In this document: positions 55,497-64,000 of the stretch, piece by piece | Numbering within the stretch: the stretch's first letter is position 1 | How the letters are laid out: each line of letters begins with the position of its first letter | Assembly: GCA_963728205.1 (NCBI GenBank) | Contig: CAVSIV010000001.1 | Coordinates: 576,001 to 640,000, forward strand | Direction of reading: 5' to 3' | Length of the DNA stretch: 64,000 nucleotides | Source of the DNA: an uncultured Chloroflexia bacterium | GTDB taxonomy: Bacteria; Chloroflexota; Dehalococcoidia; UBA2979 | The notes under the pieces: generated by a model | The model's input: only the letters and a program-made list of their open reading frames with translations | Databases searched by the model: none | Told to the model about the DNA's origin: nothing | Made by a program: the position numbers and the translations under genes

Positions 55497-56372
55497 TCAG
55501 CCGAGGAGTGTCGCGGGATTGTCGCGCACCATGCGCCGCACGTCGTCCTCGGCGAACCCGGACATCACGAAGTAGTCGGCCCACATGCCCAGTCCGACCG
55601 GCGGGTCGGGGTTCGGCGCCTGGCCGAGGTCGGTCGAGAGGATGACGTGCTCCGGTCCCACGGCGCGCACCTGCGCCGCGACCTGCTCGAACGCCTCGTC
55701 GCCACCGGGACCGAACGACGGCATCGCGCACTGCTCGATGTACGCGCCCATGCCGGCGAGCTCCCGCTGTGCGTCGACCGGGAACCAGAAGGCGGCGTGC
55801 GTGACCACGCTGCGGATCGCGCGCCCGCGCGCCTCGCGCATGAGCACGAGCGTCTCCTCGACGGAGAGGTGCCCGCTCGCCAGCACGGCGTCGTGCGCGC
55901 CGATCATGTCGAGGATCGTCATCACCTCGGGGAGCAGCCGGCCGTCGGCGTCGAGCACGCGCAGCGCCGGCCCGGTGCGCGACTGCGAAGACGGGCGGTA
56001 GGCACGCCACTGCGCGGCGTCGAACGTGGGCATCCAGACCACCTTCGCGCCGATGCGCAGCGACACGCGAACGGCCTCGGGGTTGAGCCCGCCGACGCCG
56101 TGGTCGAGCGAGAGCCCGCCGTAGACGCGCAGCGGCTCGACCTCGCCCGCGAGGGCCCAGGCAAGCGGTGCCGTGGGGTACTCGTGGCTCTTCAGCACGA
56201 GGCCCGCCATGCCGGCGCGCCGCGCACGATGGACGAGCGCGCGGGCGTCGAGCCGGCGGGCGGCGTCGGGGTCCGGCGCGGCATGCACGTGGATGTCGAT
56301 CGCGCCGTCGAGCAGCGCGCGGGCGCGCGGGGTGAGCTCGTCGAGCGTTGGCCAGTCGGATGTGGCGGTCAC
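55497..56372 (-). CDS. DUF6282-like amidohydrolase-fold protein
   Basis: GAIDIHVH..PD, LKSH, VWMPT, SGH, VTH, LSTDLGQ. Confidence 0.82.
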   Translation of the reverse strand: MTATSDWPTLDELTPRARALLDGAIDIHVHAAPDPDAARRLDARALVHRARRAGMAGLVLKSHEYPTAPLAWALAGEVEPLRVYGGLSLDHGVGGLNPEAVRVSLRIGAKVVWMPTFDAAQWRAYRPSSQSRTGPALRVLDADGRLLPEVMTILDMIGAHDAVLASGHLSVEETLVLMREARGRAIRSVVTHAAFWFPVDAQRELAGMGAYIEQCAMPSFGPGGDEAFEQVAAQVRAVGPEHVILSTDLGQAPNPDPPVGLGMWADYFVMSGFAEDDVRRMVRDNPATLLG

Positions 56373-56460
56373 GCGGTGACGATAGCGCGCGAGGCCGCTG
56401 CGCGGGCGTCCGCCCGCACCGTCGCGTGGGTGGCGGCCGCCCGCCGACGGCTGGCGCCGC

Positions 56461-56724
56461 CTATCCGCCGGCGATCGCGGGGACCAGGTGGATCTCGTCA
56501 GCGTCGCCCACCGGCTGCGACAGGTCGTTCTCGGTGATCGTGCTGTTGACCGCGATCGCCAGGTCGCGCCGCACGCGGCCGTCGTCGACGATCAGCCGCT
56601 TGATGCCCGGGCACTCCGCGTCCAGCGCGTCGATCACCGCGCGCAGTGTCCCGGCAGGCACCTCGACGCGATCGCGCCCGGCGCTCGCGTCGCGCATGTG
56701 CGAGGGGATGTGGACGACTGGCAT
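56461..56724 (-). CDS. MoaD/ThiS ubiquitin-like protein
   Basis: beta-grasp pattern ending VPAIAGG. Confidence 0.9.
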   Translation of the reverse strand: MPVVHIPSHMRDASAGRDRVEVPAGTLRAVIDALDAECPGIKRLIVDDGRVRRDLAIAVNSTITENDLSQPVGDADEIHLVPAIAGG

Positions 56725-56785
56725 GCTTCGATCCTCCGTGTCGGCGGCATGTCTGCCGCCGCTTCGGCGCCCCGGCTGCCCGCCC

Positions 56786-57157
56786 TCACCGTGCCGGCGG
56801 GGTGCGCGGCTGCTCGATCGCTGCTCGCAGCTCCGCCGCCGCCGCGTCGAGCGTCTCCAGCGCCGGCCGCGCGAACTCCACCTCCGCGAGCATCCCGCGC
56901 ACGTACTCGATGCTCTCCGCCGCGCTCTCGGCCGCGGTGACCAGCCGCTCGTGCATGTTGCACGCGCGCACGATGAACTCCGCGTTCGCCTCGGCGTCGC
57001 CGATCGCACGATGGTCGAGCAGGCGGATGCTCGTATAGGCCTCGGCGACCAGCGCGTCGTCGTCGACCAGCGTTCCGATGATCACCCCGACGCCGCGATC
57101 CTGCCGCGGCTGGATCCGCCACGGACCGGCGGTGCGATGCGGAGCGTCGTCGGCCAT
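56786..57157 (-). CDS. Hypothetical protein with phage-like motif
   Basis: TAGPW...AEANAEFIVRACNMHERLV; RBS GGAGG. Confidence 0.6.
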   Translation of the reverse strand: MADDAPHRTAGPWRIQPRQDRGVGVIIGTLVDDDALVAEAYTSIRLLDHRAIGDAEANAEFIVRACNMHERLVTAAESAAESIEYVRGMLAEVEFARPALETLDAAAAELRAAIEQPRTPPAR

Positions 57158-57260
57158 CTCGCGCCTCCATCCATCCCGGCACGCGACCGTGCGGCACCAG
57201 TGATAGCAGACGAGCGGGGCCGCCGCCCCGCTCGTCTTGCGTACGCATCCGGAGCCGCGG

Positions 57261-59534
57261 CTACTCGGGGAGGAGCTCCTCGAGGATCACCCGCGGCGAC
57301 ATCGGCATCTGGTGGAAGCGGATGCCGATGGCGTCGTAGACCGCCTGCTGCAGCGCCGGCATCGGCGGCACGATCGGCACCTCGCCGACGCCGCGCACGC
57401 CGTACGGGTGGCCCGGGTTCGGCACCTCGACCAGCACCGTGTCGAGCATCGGCAGGTCGTTCGCGACGGGCATGCGGTAGTCGAGGAAGCTCGCGTTCCG
57501 CAGGTGCCCCTCGTCGTCGTAGAAGTACTCCTCGTTCAGCGCCATGCCGATGCCCTGGGCGACGCCGCCCTGGATCTGGCCCTCGACGTACGACGGGTGG
57601 ATCGCGGTGCCGACGTCCTGCACGGCCGTGTAGCGCAGCACCTCGACCTTGCCGGTGTCGCGGTCGACCTTCACGTCGACGATGTGACCGGCGTATGCCG
57701 GGCCGGCGGTGTTCTTCCGCACGGTCGCCGAGACGGCGATCATGCCGCCGGTCGCGGCGAGCTTCGCTGCGAGTTCCTTGAACGACAGCTCCTTGCCCTC
57801 GGGGCCACGGATCACGCCGTCGTCGTCGTACTTCACCTGCTCGACGTCCGTCTCCCAGATCCGCGCCGCGCGCTCCCGCATCTGCGCGCGGATCTGCTGG
57901 CCGAGCTCATACGCGACCCAGCCGCCGGCGAACGTCGTGCGGCTGCCGCCGGTGACGGCGGTGTAGCCGACGCCGTCGGTGTCGGTCACGTGCGGCTTGA
58001 TCACGTCGTTCTCGATGCCGAGCGTCTCGGCGAGCTGCATCGACAGCGACGCGCGCGTGCCGCCGATGTCGGTGGAGCCGAGGATCAGCGACACGATGCC
58101 GTCGGAGTTCACCGTCGCGCTGGAGGACGACTCCATGCCGCCGTTGAACCAGAAGCCCATCGCCACGCCGCGCCCGACGTCCTCGCCGGTGAGCTCGGAC
58201 GTGTAGTGCGGGTGGTTCTTGACGGTCTCCATCACCTCCTTCGCGCCGATGCGCGGCCAGGGCTGGCCGGCGGCGTTGCCGGTGCCCTCCTCGGAGGCGT
58301 TCTTCAGACGCAGCTCCATCGGGTCCATCTCGAGCTGCTCGGCGAGCTCGTCGATGACCGCCTCCACGGCGAACTCCGACGCCGGGGCGCCGGGTGCGCG
58401 GTAGGCCGCCGTCTTCGGGCCGTTCACGACGACGTCGAAGCCGTCGATCTGCTGGTTCGCGATGTTGTATGGCGCGAGGGCGCACATGGCACCGGCGCCG
58501 ACGGGCGAGCCGGGGTACGCACCGGCCTCGTACGCGAGGTAGGCGTTGGCCGCGACGATCGTGCCGTCGCGCTTCGCGCCGATCTTCACGCGCGAGTAGG
58601 TGGCCGAGGTCGGGCCCGTGGCCTGGAAGACGTCCTCGCGGGTCATCCACAGCTTCACCGGGTGCCCGGTCCGCTTCGACAGCAGCGCCGCGACGGCCTC
58701 CAGGTAGATCGGGAGCTTGCCGCCGAAGCCGCCGCCGATCTCCATCGGCACGACCTTCACGCGCGTCGTCGAGACGCCGAGCACGGCCGCGACCTGCTCG
58801 CGCACGGAGAACGCGCCCTGCGTGGAGGTCCACACGGTCACGTCGCCGTCGCGGCTCCAGTACGCGGTCGCGTTCTGCGGCTCGATGTAGCCCTGGTGGA
58901 ACATCGACGTCTCGAACTCGCGCTCGACCACGACGTCGGCCTCGGCGAAGCCGGCCTCGACGTCGCCCTTCTCCAGGCGCATGTGCATCGCGATGTTCGT
59001 CGGCCGGTCCGGCGCCGGCTCGACGCCGCGCGCGCGCACCGTGGTGCGGAGCTCGTCGTGCAGGATCGGCGCGGTGTCGAGCATCGCCTCGCGCACGTCG
59101 ATCACGGCCGGCAGGACCTCGTAGTCGACCTCGATCAGGGCGAGCGCGTCCTCGGCGACGTGCTGGTCCGTCGCGGCGACGGCCGCGATCGCGTGGCCGT
59201 GGTAGAGCGCCTTGTCCGAGGCGAGGAGGTTGTCGAGCAGCCACTTCGCGTTGGCGCTGGACTCGCCGAGATCGAGGTCGCCCTCGCCGGCGCGCGGGAA
59301 GTCCGCGTTGGTGATGACGGCCTTCACGCCCGGCAGGGCGGCGGCCTTCGAGGTGTCGATGCGGGTGATGCGGGCGTGCGCGTGCGGGCTGCGCAGCACC
59401 GCACCAAAGAGCATGCCCTCTTCCTTGGTGTCGGCGCCGTACTCGGCCCGGCCGGTGACCTTGTCGACGCCGTCCGGGCGGACCGGGCGGGTGCCGATGA
59501 CCTTGTACGTGCGTGGCTTCTCGGGGGCGACCAT
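57261..59534 (-). CDS. Xanthine dehydrogenase/CoxL-like molybdopterin-binding subunit
   Basis: DKVTG.A.Y..D, RSPHAHA, HQGYIEP, GGGFGGK, AYRAPG, GQIQGG, RGVGE. Confidence 0.93.
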   Translation of the reverse strand: MVAPEKPRTYKVIGTRPVRPDGVDKVTGRAEYGADTKEEGMLFGAVLRSPHAHARITRIDTSKAAALPGVKAVITNADFPRAGEGDLDLGESSANAKWLLDNLLASDKALYHGHAIAAVAATDQHVAEDALALIEVDYEVLPAVIDVREAMLDTAPILHDELRTTVRARGVEPAPDRPTNIAMHMRLEKGDVEAGFAEADVVVEREFETSMFHQGYIEPQNATAYWSRDGDVTVWTSTQGAFSVREQVAAVLGVSTTRVKVVPMEIGGGFGGKLPIYLEAVAALLSKRTGHPVKLWMTREDVFQATGPTSATYSRVKIGAKRDGTIVAANAYLAYEAGAYPGSPVGAGAMCALAPYNIANQQIDGFDVVVNGPKTAAYRAPGAPASEFAVEAVIDELAEQLEMDPMELRLKNASEEGTGNAAGQPWPRIGAKEVMETVKNHPHYTSELTGEDVGRGVAMGFWFNGGMESSSSATVNSDGIVSLILGSTDIGGTRASLSMQLAETLGIENDVIKPHVTDTDGVGYTAVTGGSRTTFAGGWVAYELGQQIRAQMRERAARIWETDVEQVKYDDDGVIRGPEGKELSFKELAAKLAATGGMIAVSATVRKNTAGPAYAGHIVDVKVDRDTGKVEVLRYTAVQDVGTAIHPSYVEGQIQGGVAQGIGMALNEEYFYDDEGHLRNASFLDYRMPVANDLPMLDTVLVEVPNPGHPYGVRGVGEVPIVPPMPALQQAVYDAIGIRFHQMPMSPRVILEELLPE

Positions 59535-59557
59535 ATTTCCCTGCTTTCCGCGCTACC

Positions 59558-59641
59558 GGCCGGGACCGCTCACGCCTGACGGCGTCAGCGGCTCCCGGCC
59601 TATCTGCCTGCGCTCGCTCCGCTGGCGCTTCGCTCGCTCCG
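59558..59641. repeat. Intercistronic hairpin plus CGCTCGCTCCG direct repeat (REP-like)
   Basis: GGCCGGGA-CCGCT-CACGCC-TGAC-GGCGTC-AGCGG-C-TCCCGGCC; CGCTCGCTCCG at 59611 and 59631. Confidence 0.6.
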
Positions 59642-59702
59642 GCGAGCGCGCGGTCGAGCTGAGGTGGGTGGGTGCGTTTCCGCGCCCTCGCGGGCACGTC
59701 TC

Positions 59703-60200
59703 TTAGCTTGCGCCGTTCATCGCGTCGGCTGCGTGCAGCACGGCGCGGATGATCTTGTCGTAGCCCGTGCACCGGCAGAGGTTGCCGGCGAGCCAGAAGC
59801 GCGCCTCGGCCTCCGTCGGATGTGGGTTCTCGTCGAGCAGCGCCTTCGACGCCATCAGGAACCCCGGCGTGCAGATGCCGCACTGCAGCGCGGCGTCCTC
59901 GAGGAACGCCTGCTGCAGCGGGTGCAGCGCTTCCGGTTGCGCGAGGCCCTCGATCGTCGTGAGCTCGGCGCCCTCGACCTCCGCGGCCATCACGCAGCAG
60001 GAGTTCACGAGGCGACCGTCGAGGATCACGGCGCACGCGCCGCAGTTCCCGTTGTTGCAGCCTTCCTTGGCGCCCGTGAGGCCGATGCGCTCGCGCAGCG
60101 CCTCCAGCAGGCTGTCACGCTCGTCGGCGAGGAAGCTGCGCTCCTCGCCGTTGATCGTCGCGGTGACGACGATGCGGTCGGTCTTGACCCGGTTCGACAA
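59703..60200 (-). CDS. 2Fe-2S subunit (CoxS/XdhC-like)
   Basis: GCNNGNCGAC...SC; QCGICTPG...NLCRCTGY. Confidence 0.95.
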   Translation of the reverse strand: MSNRVKTDRIVVTATINGEERSFLADERDSLLEALRERIGLTGAKEGCNNGNCGACAVILDGRLVNSCCVMAAEVEGAELTTIEGLAQPEALHPLQQAFLEDAALQCGICTPGFLMASKALLDENPHPTEAEARFWLAGNLCRCTGYDKIIRAVLHAADAMNGAS

Positions 60201-60212
60201 CTCGACCCCCGT

Positions 60213-61082
60213 CTATCCCTGCCCGCGCGCGCGCTCGACGGCGCGGCGGAGCGTCCGCTCGGTGAGCACCTTCGCCAGGTGCCGTCGCTGCTTGATCGAG
60301 CCGCGCATGTCGTCGATCGGCACCGCGGCGCTCTTCGCGGCCTCGGCGGCCGCGGCAATCGTCTCGTCCGTCGCCGGCTTGCCGACGAGCGCGGCGGCCG
60401 CCGCGTCCACCACGATCGCCGTCGGCGCGACGGCGCCCACGGCGATCGTGGCGGCGGTCACCGTGTCGCCGTCGAGCTGCACGGCCGCGCCGACGTTGAC
60501 GACCGCGATGTCCATCTCGTTGCGCGGGATGAACCGCTGCCACGCCGCCCCGCTGCCGGCCGCCGGCCGCGGGAAGCGGATCGACGTCACGAACTCGCCG
60601 GCCTCGAGCACGTTGCGCCCGGGCCCGGTGTTGAACTGGGCGACGGGCACGTCGCGCTCGCCGTTCGGCCCGGCGACGTGCGCCACGCCGCCGAGCACGA
60701 TCATCGCCGGCACCGTGTCCGCCGCCGGCGACGAGTTGCAGAGGTTGCCGCCGAGGCTGGCCCGCCCCTGGATCGCCGTGCCGCCGACCACGTGCGCGGC
60801 CTCGACGAGCGCCGGCCACGTCTTCGCGATCGCGGCGTCGCCGTACACCCGGTAGAGCGGCACCGCCGCGCCGACGGTCAGCCCGTCGCCGTCGTGCCGG
60901 ATGTCCATCAGCTCCGGGATGTGCTTGATGTCGACGAAGAGGTCAATCTCGCGCCGGCGCTCGCGCGCCTGCACGATCACGTCGGTGCCGCCGGCCAGCG
61001 GCCGGGCGAACCCCCCGCCGTCCTGCAGCAGGCGCACCGCCTCGGCTACCGAGGTGGCGCGCTTGTATTTCACCGCCTGCAT
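60213..61082 (-). CDS. FAD-binding subunit (CoxM/XdhB-like)
   Basis: LAGGTD, IQ.RASLGGNLCN.SP.AD, DDMRGS. Confidence 0.93.
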   Translation of the reverse strand: MQAVKYKRATSVAEAVRLLQDGGGFARPLAGGTDVIVQARERRREIDLFVDIKHIPELMDIRHDGDGLTVGAAVPLYRVYGDAAIAKTWPALVEAAHVVGGTAIQGRASLGGNLCNSSPAADTVPAMIVLGGVAHVAGPNGERDVPVAQFNTGPGRNVLEAGEFVTSIRFPRPAAGSGAAWQRFIPRNEMDIAVVNVGAAVQLDGDTVTAATIAVGAVAPTAIVVDAAAAALVGKPATDETIAAAAEAAKSAAVPIDDMRGSIKQRRHLAKVLTERTLRRAVERARGQG

Positions 61083-61266
61083 CCGCCGTGCCTCCGTTCG
61101 CGCATCCGCGCAAGCATACAGGGGCCCGGTCGTGTTGCTTGCCGCTGCAAGACGTCCGGGCGGAATCGTGGCGACGGGTGCCGGATGCCCCGACGCGTCG
61201 CGCGCCTATTCTGCCTGATTGCGTGCCGGCTCACAAAGCCCCGACGGGGAAGCGGGCGGCCACAGT

Positions 61267-61464
61267 CTAGGAGCGGTCGATCTCGTCGCGCGGGCGGAGG
61301 AGCGCGCCGGCGATGACGGCAACGCCGAGCGCAATGACGGCGATCGAGAAGACGACGTCGGCGCGCAGCCGCAGCACGTCGTAGGCGTCGAGCGCGAAGA
61401 GCACGCCGAGACCGACGAACACGGCGCCGATCACCACGGCGGTCAGGCTGAATCGCTCGCTCAT
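61267..61464 (-). CDS. Small two-TM protein coupled to the PspC gene
   Basis: SL..VIGAVF.GLG...; start overlaps the upstream stop. Confidence 0.65.
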   Translation of the reverse strand: MSERFSLTAVVIGAVFVGLGVLFALDAYDVLRLRADVVFSIAVIALGVAVIAGALLRPRDEIDRS

Positions 61465-62414
61465 CACCGCACCGCGGCCGATCCGAACACGTTTGAGAGG
61501 TCGATCTCCAGCCGCCGCTGCGCCTGCGCGTAGCCGGAGCCCGTGACCTGGTGGTCGACGCTCACGCCATCGAACGAGCGCCCCAGGATCTGGCTGCTGC
61601 CGAACACCGTCTGCCCGGTGACGCGCGCCGGGACCCCGGGCGGCAGCATGACGGTGACGTCGCCGAAGGCCATGCTCACGTTCACGTGCGTCGTGCCCTC
61701 GGCGAGGGGCACGTCGCGCAGGTCGACCACCAGCGAGCCGAAGGCGTGGCTGTAGTCGCCCTGGAGGTCGGCGAGCGTCTGCGGCCGCTCGGTGCGGTCG
61801 CCGAAGCCGCTCTGCATGCCGATATGCGGCGTCGCGCTCGTGACGGCCGCGAGTCCGGCGAACAGCAGCGCGAGCGCGACGAGGCCGCCGTGCACCCCGT
61901 GGCGGGCGTCGACGATGATGCCGAGCCCGGTGAGCACCAGCAGCCCCGCGAAGATCGCCTCCCACGGCGGCGCGGGGACGTCCACGGTGCGCGCCAGCGC
62001 GATCGCCCCGACGACAATCAGCAGCACGCCGACGACGACGCCGGCCGTCGCGGACGACTCGCGCCGGCGGTGGGCCCGGACGGGCGCTGACGCGCCGACG
62101 GTGCCCTCGCCCTCGGGCATGATGATCATCGCGAGCAGGTAGAACGCCCCGAACAGGCCGCCCGTCACGACGAGCAGTACGACGAACGCGATGCGCACGA
62201 GCACGGGGTCGACGTCGAGGTACTCGGCGAAGCCGCCGGCGACGCCGGCAATCACACGATCGACGTTCGAGCGGGTCAGGTGGTGACGTGAGGGTGGCGG
62301 CGCGCCCGGCGGCTCCGCCGGCAGCGCGCCCGGCGGCTCCGCCGGCGGCGCGCCCGGCGCCTGCGGCGCCTCGGGCGCGGGTGGTGCGTTCGGGTCGGGC
62401 TCGTCGGTCGGCAT
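61464..62414 (-). CDS. PspC-domain protein with LiaF-like C-terminal domain
   Basis: L.RS..DRVIAGVAGG.AEY..VDP.LVRI; FG...VDL...FGDV.V..P. Confidence 0.85.
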   Translation of the reverse strand: MPTDEPDPNAPPAPEAPQAPGAPPAEPPGALPAEPPGAPPPSRHHLTRSNVDRVIAGVAGGFAEYLDVDPVLVRIAFVVLLVVTGGLFGAFYLLAMIIMPEGEGTVGASAPVRAHRRRESSATAGVVVGVLLIVVGAIALARTVDVPAPPWEAIFAGLLVLTGLGIIVDARHGVHGGLVALALLFAGLAAVTSATPHIGMQSGFGDRTERPQTLADLQGDYSHAFGSLVVDLRDVPLAEGTTHVNVSMAFGDVTVMLPPGVPARVTGQTVFGSSQILGRSFDGVSVDHQVTGSGYAQAQRRLEIDLSNVFGSAAVR

Positions 62415-62514
62415 GGCGCCGCCTCGCCTTCTGCCGACCGATCGTACGCCGATCGCTCGCCGGCGCGCGTGCCGATCGGCCGCCTTCGCGGGTGCCCTTC
62501 GCCACCTGCCCCAA

Positions 62515-63462
62515 TCAGTGCCCGCGCCCGTGCGCGAGCCGGTCGAGCGAGCGCATCTGCACGGTGAGCAGCGAGATGTACGGCGTCGCGACGCCGAGCG
62601 CCTCGGCGCGCCGCAGCGGCTCGCCAAAGATCGCCTCGACCTCCATCGGCCGGCCCTCGACGAAGTCAATCATCGTGCTCGGCCGGTAGACGGCCATCGC
62701 GTCCGTGAGCGTCATCATCGTGCGGGTCATCGCGTCGGCGTCGTGGCGCGCGGCCTCGCCGTGTGCCGCGAGGTCGGCGTTGCCGGCGGCGACGACCTCG
62801 CGGATGGTCGCCTCCGCGGCGGCGCGCAGCCCGGGCTGCCCGAGGATCCGGTCGGTGGTGACGCCGCCGGCGGTGACCGCGAGGCCGTTGAACGGGATGT
62901 TCCAGCACAGCTTCTGCCAGCGCGCCGCGAGCAGCGACGGCGACGTCGCGACCTGGACGCGCGCGCCCGCCCACAGCGCCGCCGCCGCGGTGAGCGCGGC
63001 GGAATCGTCCTCGAGGTGCCCGATCGTGACCGGGCCGTAGTCGAGGTGGTGCACCGTTCCCGGCTCGCCGCGGTTGATGCAGGTGAAGGCCAGCCCGCCG
63101 AACACGCGCGCTGGGCCGAACCAGTCGGCGAAGCGCTCCTCGAGCCCGAGCCCGTTCATCAGCACCAGCACGCGCGTCTCCGCGCCGACGCACGGCGCGA
63201 CGAGCGCGCGTGCCTCCTCGATCGCGGTCGCCTTGAGCGCGCAGAGCACCCAGTCGACCGGGCCAATCGCGTCGCTCGTGCGCGCAATCGCCGGGCGGTC
63301 GAGCGCGAAGTCGCCGTCCTTGCTCTCGATGCGCAGGCCGCCGACCGCGACCGCGTCGTAGTCGCGTCGCATCAGGAAGTGCACGTCGTGCCCCGCCTCG
63401 GCGAGGCGGGCGCCGTAGTAGCAGCCGACCGCGCCGGCGCCAATCACCGCGACCCGGCTCAC
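62515..63462 (-). CDS. panE: 2-dehydropantoate 2-reductase
   Basis: VIGAGAVG, K, NGLG.EE, W.KL.WN, PSTM.D...GR.ME. Confidence 0.9.
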   Translation of the reverse strand: MSRVAVIGAGAVGCYYGARLAEAGHDVHFLMRRDYDAVAVGGLRIESKDGDFALDRPAIARTSDAIGPVDWVLCALKATAIEEARALVAPCVGAETRVLVLMNGLGLEERFADWFGPARVFGGLAFTCINRGEPGTVHHLDYGPVTIGHLEDDSAALTAAAALWAGARVQVATSPSLLAARWQKLCWNIPFNGLAVTAGGVTTDRILGQPGLRAAAEATIREVVAAGNADLAAHGEAARHDADAMTRTMMTLTDAMAVYRPSTMIDFVEGRPMEVEAIFGEPLRRAEALGVATPYISLLTVQMRSLDRLAHGRGH

Positions 63463-64000
63463 GCGCTGCCCTCGCGCACCGTGAGCACGACCTTGCCGGT
63501 GGAGCGCCGGTCGCGGAGCAGGCGCAGCGCGTCGACCGCGCGCGCGAGCGGCAACGTCTGCGACACGAACGGCCGCAGCCGCCCCTCGGCGTGCCAGCGC
63601 ACGAGCTCGTCCATCGCCGCCGTGACGGCGTCGGGCCGGTGGCGTCGCAACTGGCCGAGACTGAGGCCGAGCGCGGAAGCGTCCTTGACCAGCAGGTGGT
63701 TGGCGGGGATCTGCGGGACCGTGCCGCTCGCGAAGCCGATGATCAGGATGCGGCCGCCCGGCCGGATCACGTGCAGTGACGCCGTGAAGGCGTCGCCGCC
63801 CACGGGGTCGTAGACGACGTCCGCGCCGCCGGCCAGCGCCGTGACGCGCTCGCGGATGTCCTCGGTCGCGTAGTTCACGAGGTGGTCGGCGCCGTGCTCG
63901 CGCGCGACCGCGAGCTTCTCGGCGCTGCTCGCGGTCGCGATCACGGTCGCGCCGACCGCCTTCCCGACCTCCACCGCGGTCAGGCCCACGCCGCCCGAGG
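63459..64000 (-). CDS. NADPH:quinone oxidoreductase (MDR family), 5' part outside window
   Basis: SGGVGL.AV, GAD..VNY, DPVGG, GFASG, R.STGKVVL. Confidence 0.9.
   Translation of the reverse strand, partial: SGGVGLTAVEVGKAVGATVIATASSAEKLAVAREHGADHLVNYATEDIRERVTALAGGADVVYDPVGGDAFTASLHVIRPGGRILIIGFASGTVPQIPANHLLVKDASALGLSLGQLRRHRPDAVTAAMDELVRWHAEGRLRPFVSQTLPLARAVDALRLLRDRRSTGKVVLTVREGSA

Noticed and set aside
57261-59534. Aerobic CO dehydrogenase (coxL)
   Set aside because: Lacks the Cu-binding AYxCSFR loop; no coxDEFG nearby.
62296-62360. 24-bp tandem repeat in the PspC gene
   Set aside because: Simply encodes a Pro-rich linker (PAEPPGA twice).

Overview
Very GC-rich bacterial DNA. The gene set (N-terminally extended GreA, system I Ccm cluster beside a caa3-type oxidase, several family III CoA-transferases, CoxL-like molybdoenzyme) suggests an aerobic Chloroflexota/Dehalococcoidia-like organism; this is inference only. 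Bases 1-15174 look like the end of a decaying genomic island at the 3' end of tRNA-Ala(GGC). It holds a serine-recombinase remnant, several gene fragments (cupin, MarR, NuoM, NuoN, P1B ATPase), a surface cupredoxin, and a Tat-exported Cys-rich protein coupled to a MauE + double-thioredoxin protein. Just past the tRNA is the most unusual locus: an orphan T6SS Hcp tube gene coupled to a Tat-signal dirigent/allene-oxide-cyclase-like gene, converging on an NPPF-type methyltransferase with a PqqD-like C-terminus. The rest is mostly core/metabolic: CoA-transferases, esterase, rsmG, greA, a 15-kb ccm/cta/cox supercluster (oxidase subunit IV fused to a blue-copper domain), an apparently catalytically dead ROK + DegT pair, panG-like-folP behind a structured leader, ku-ligD-grpB preceded by an unknown gene with a perfect LexA-type box, a xanthine-dehydrogenase-family operon, a PspC protein, panE and a quinone oxidoreductase. 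All assignments come from motifs recognised by eye; no database searches were run.
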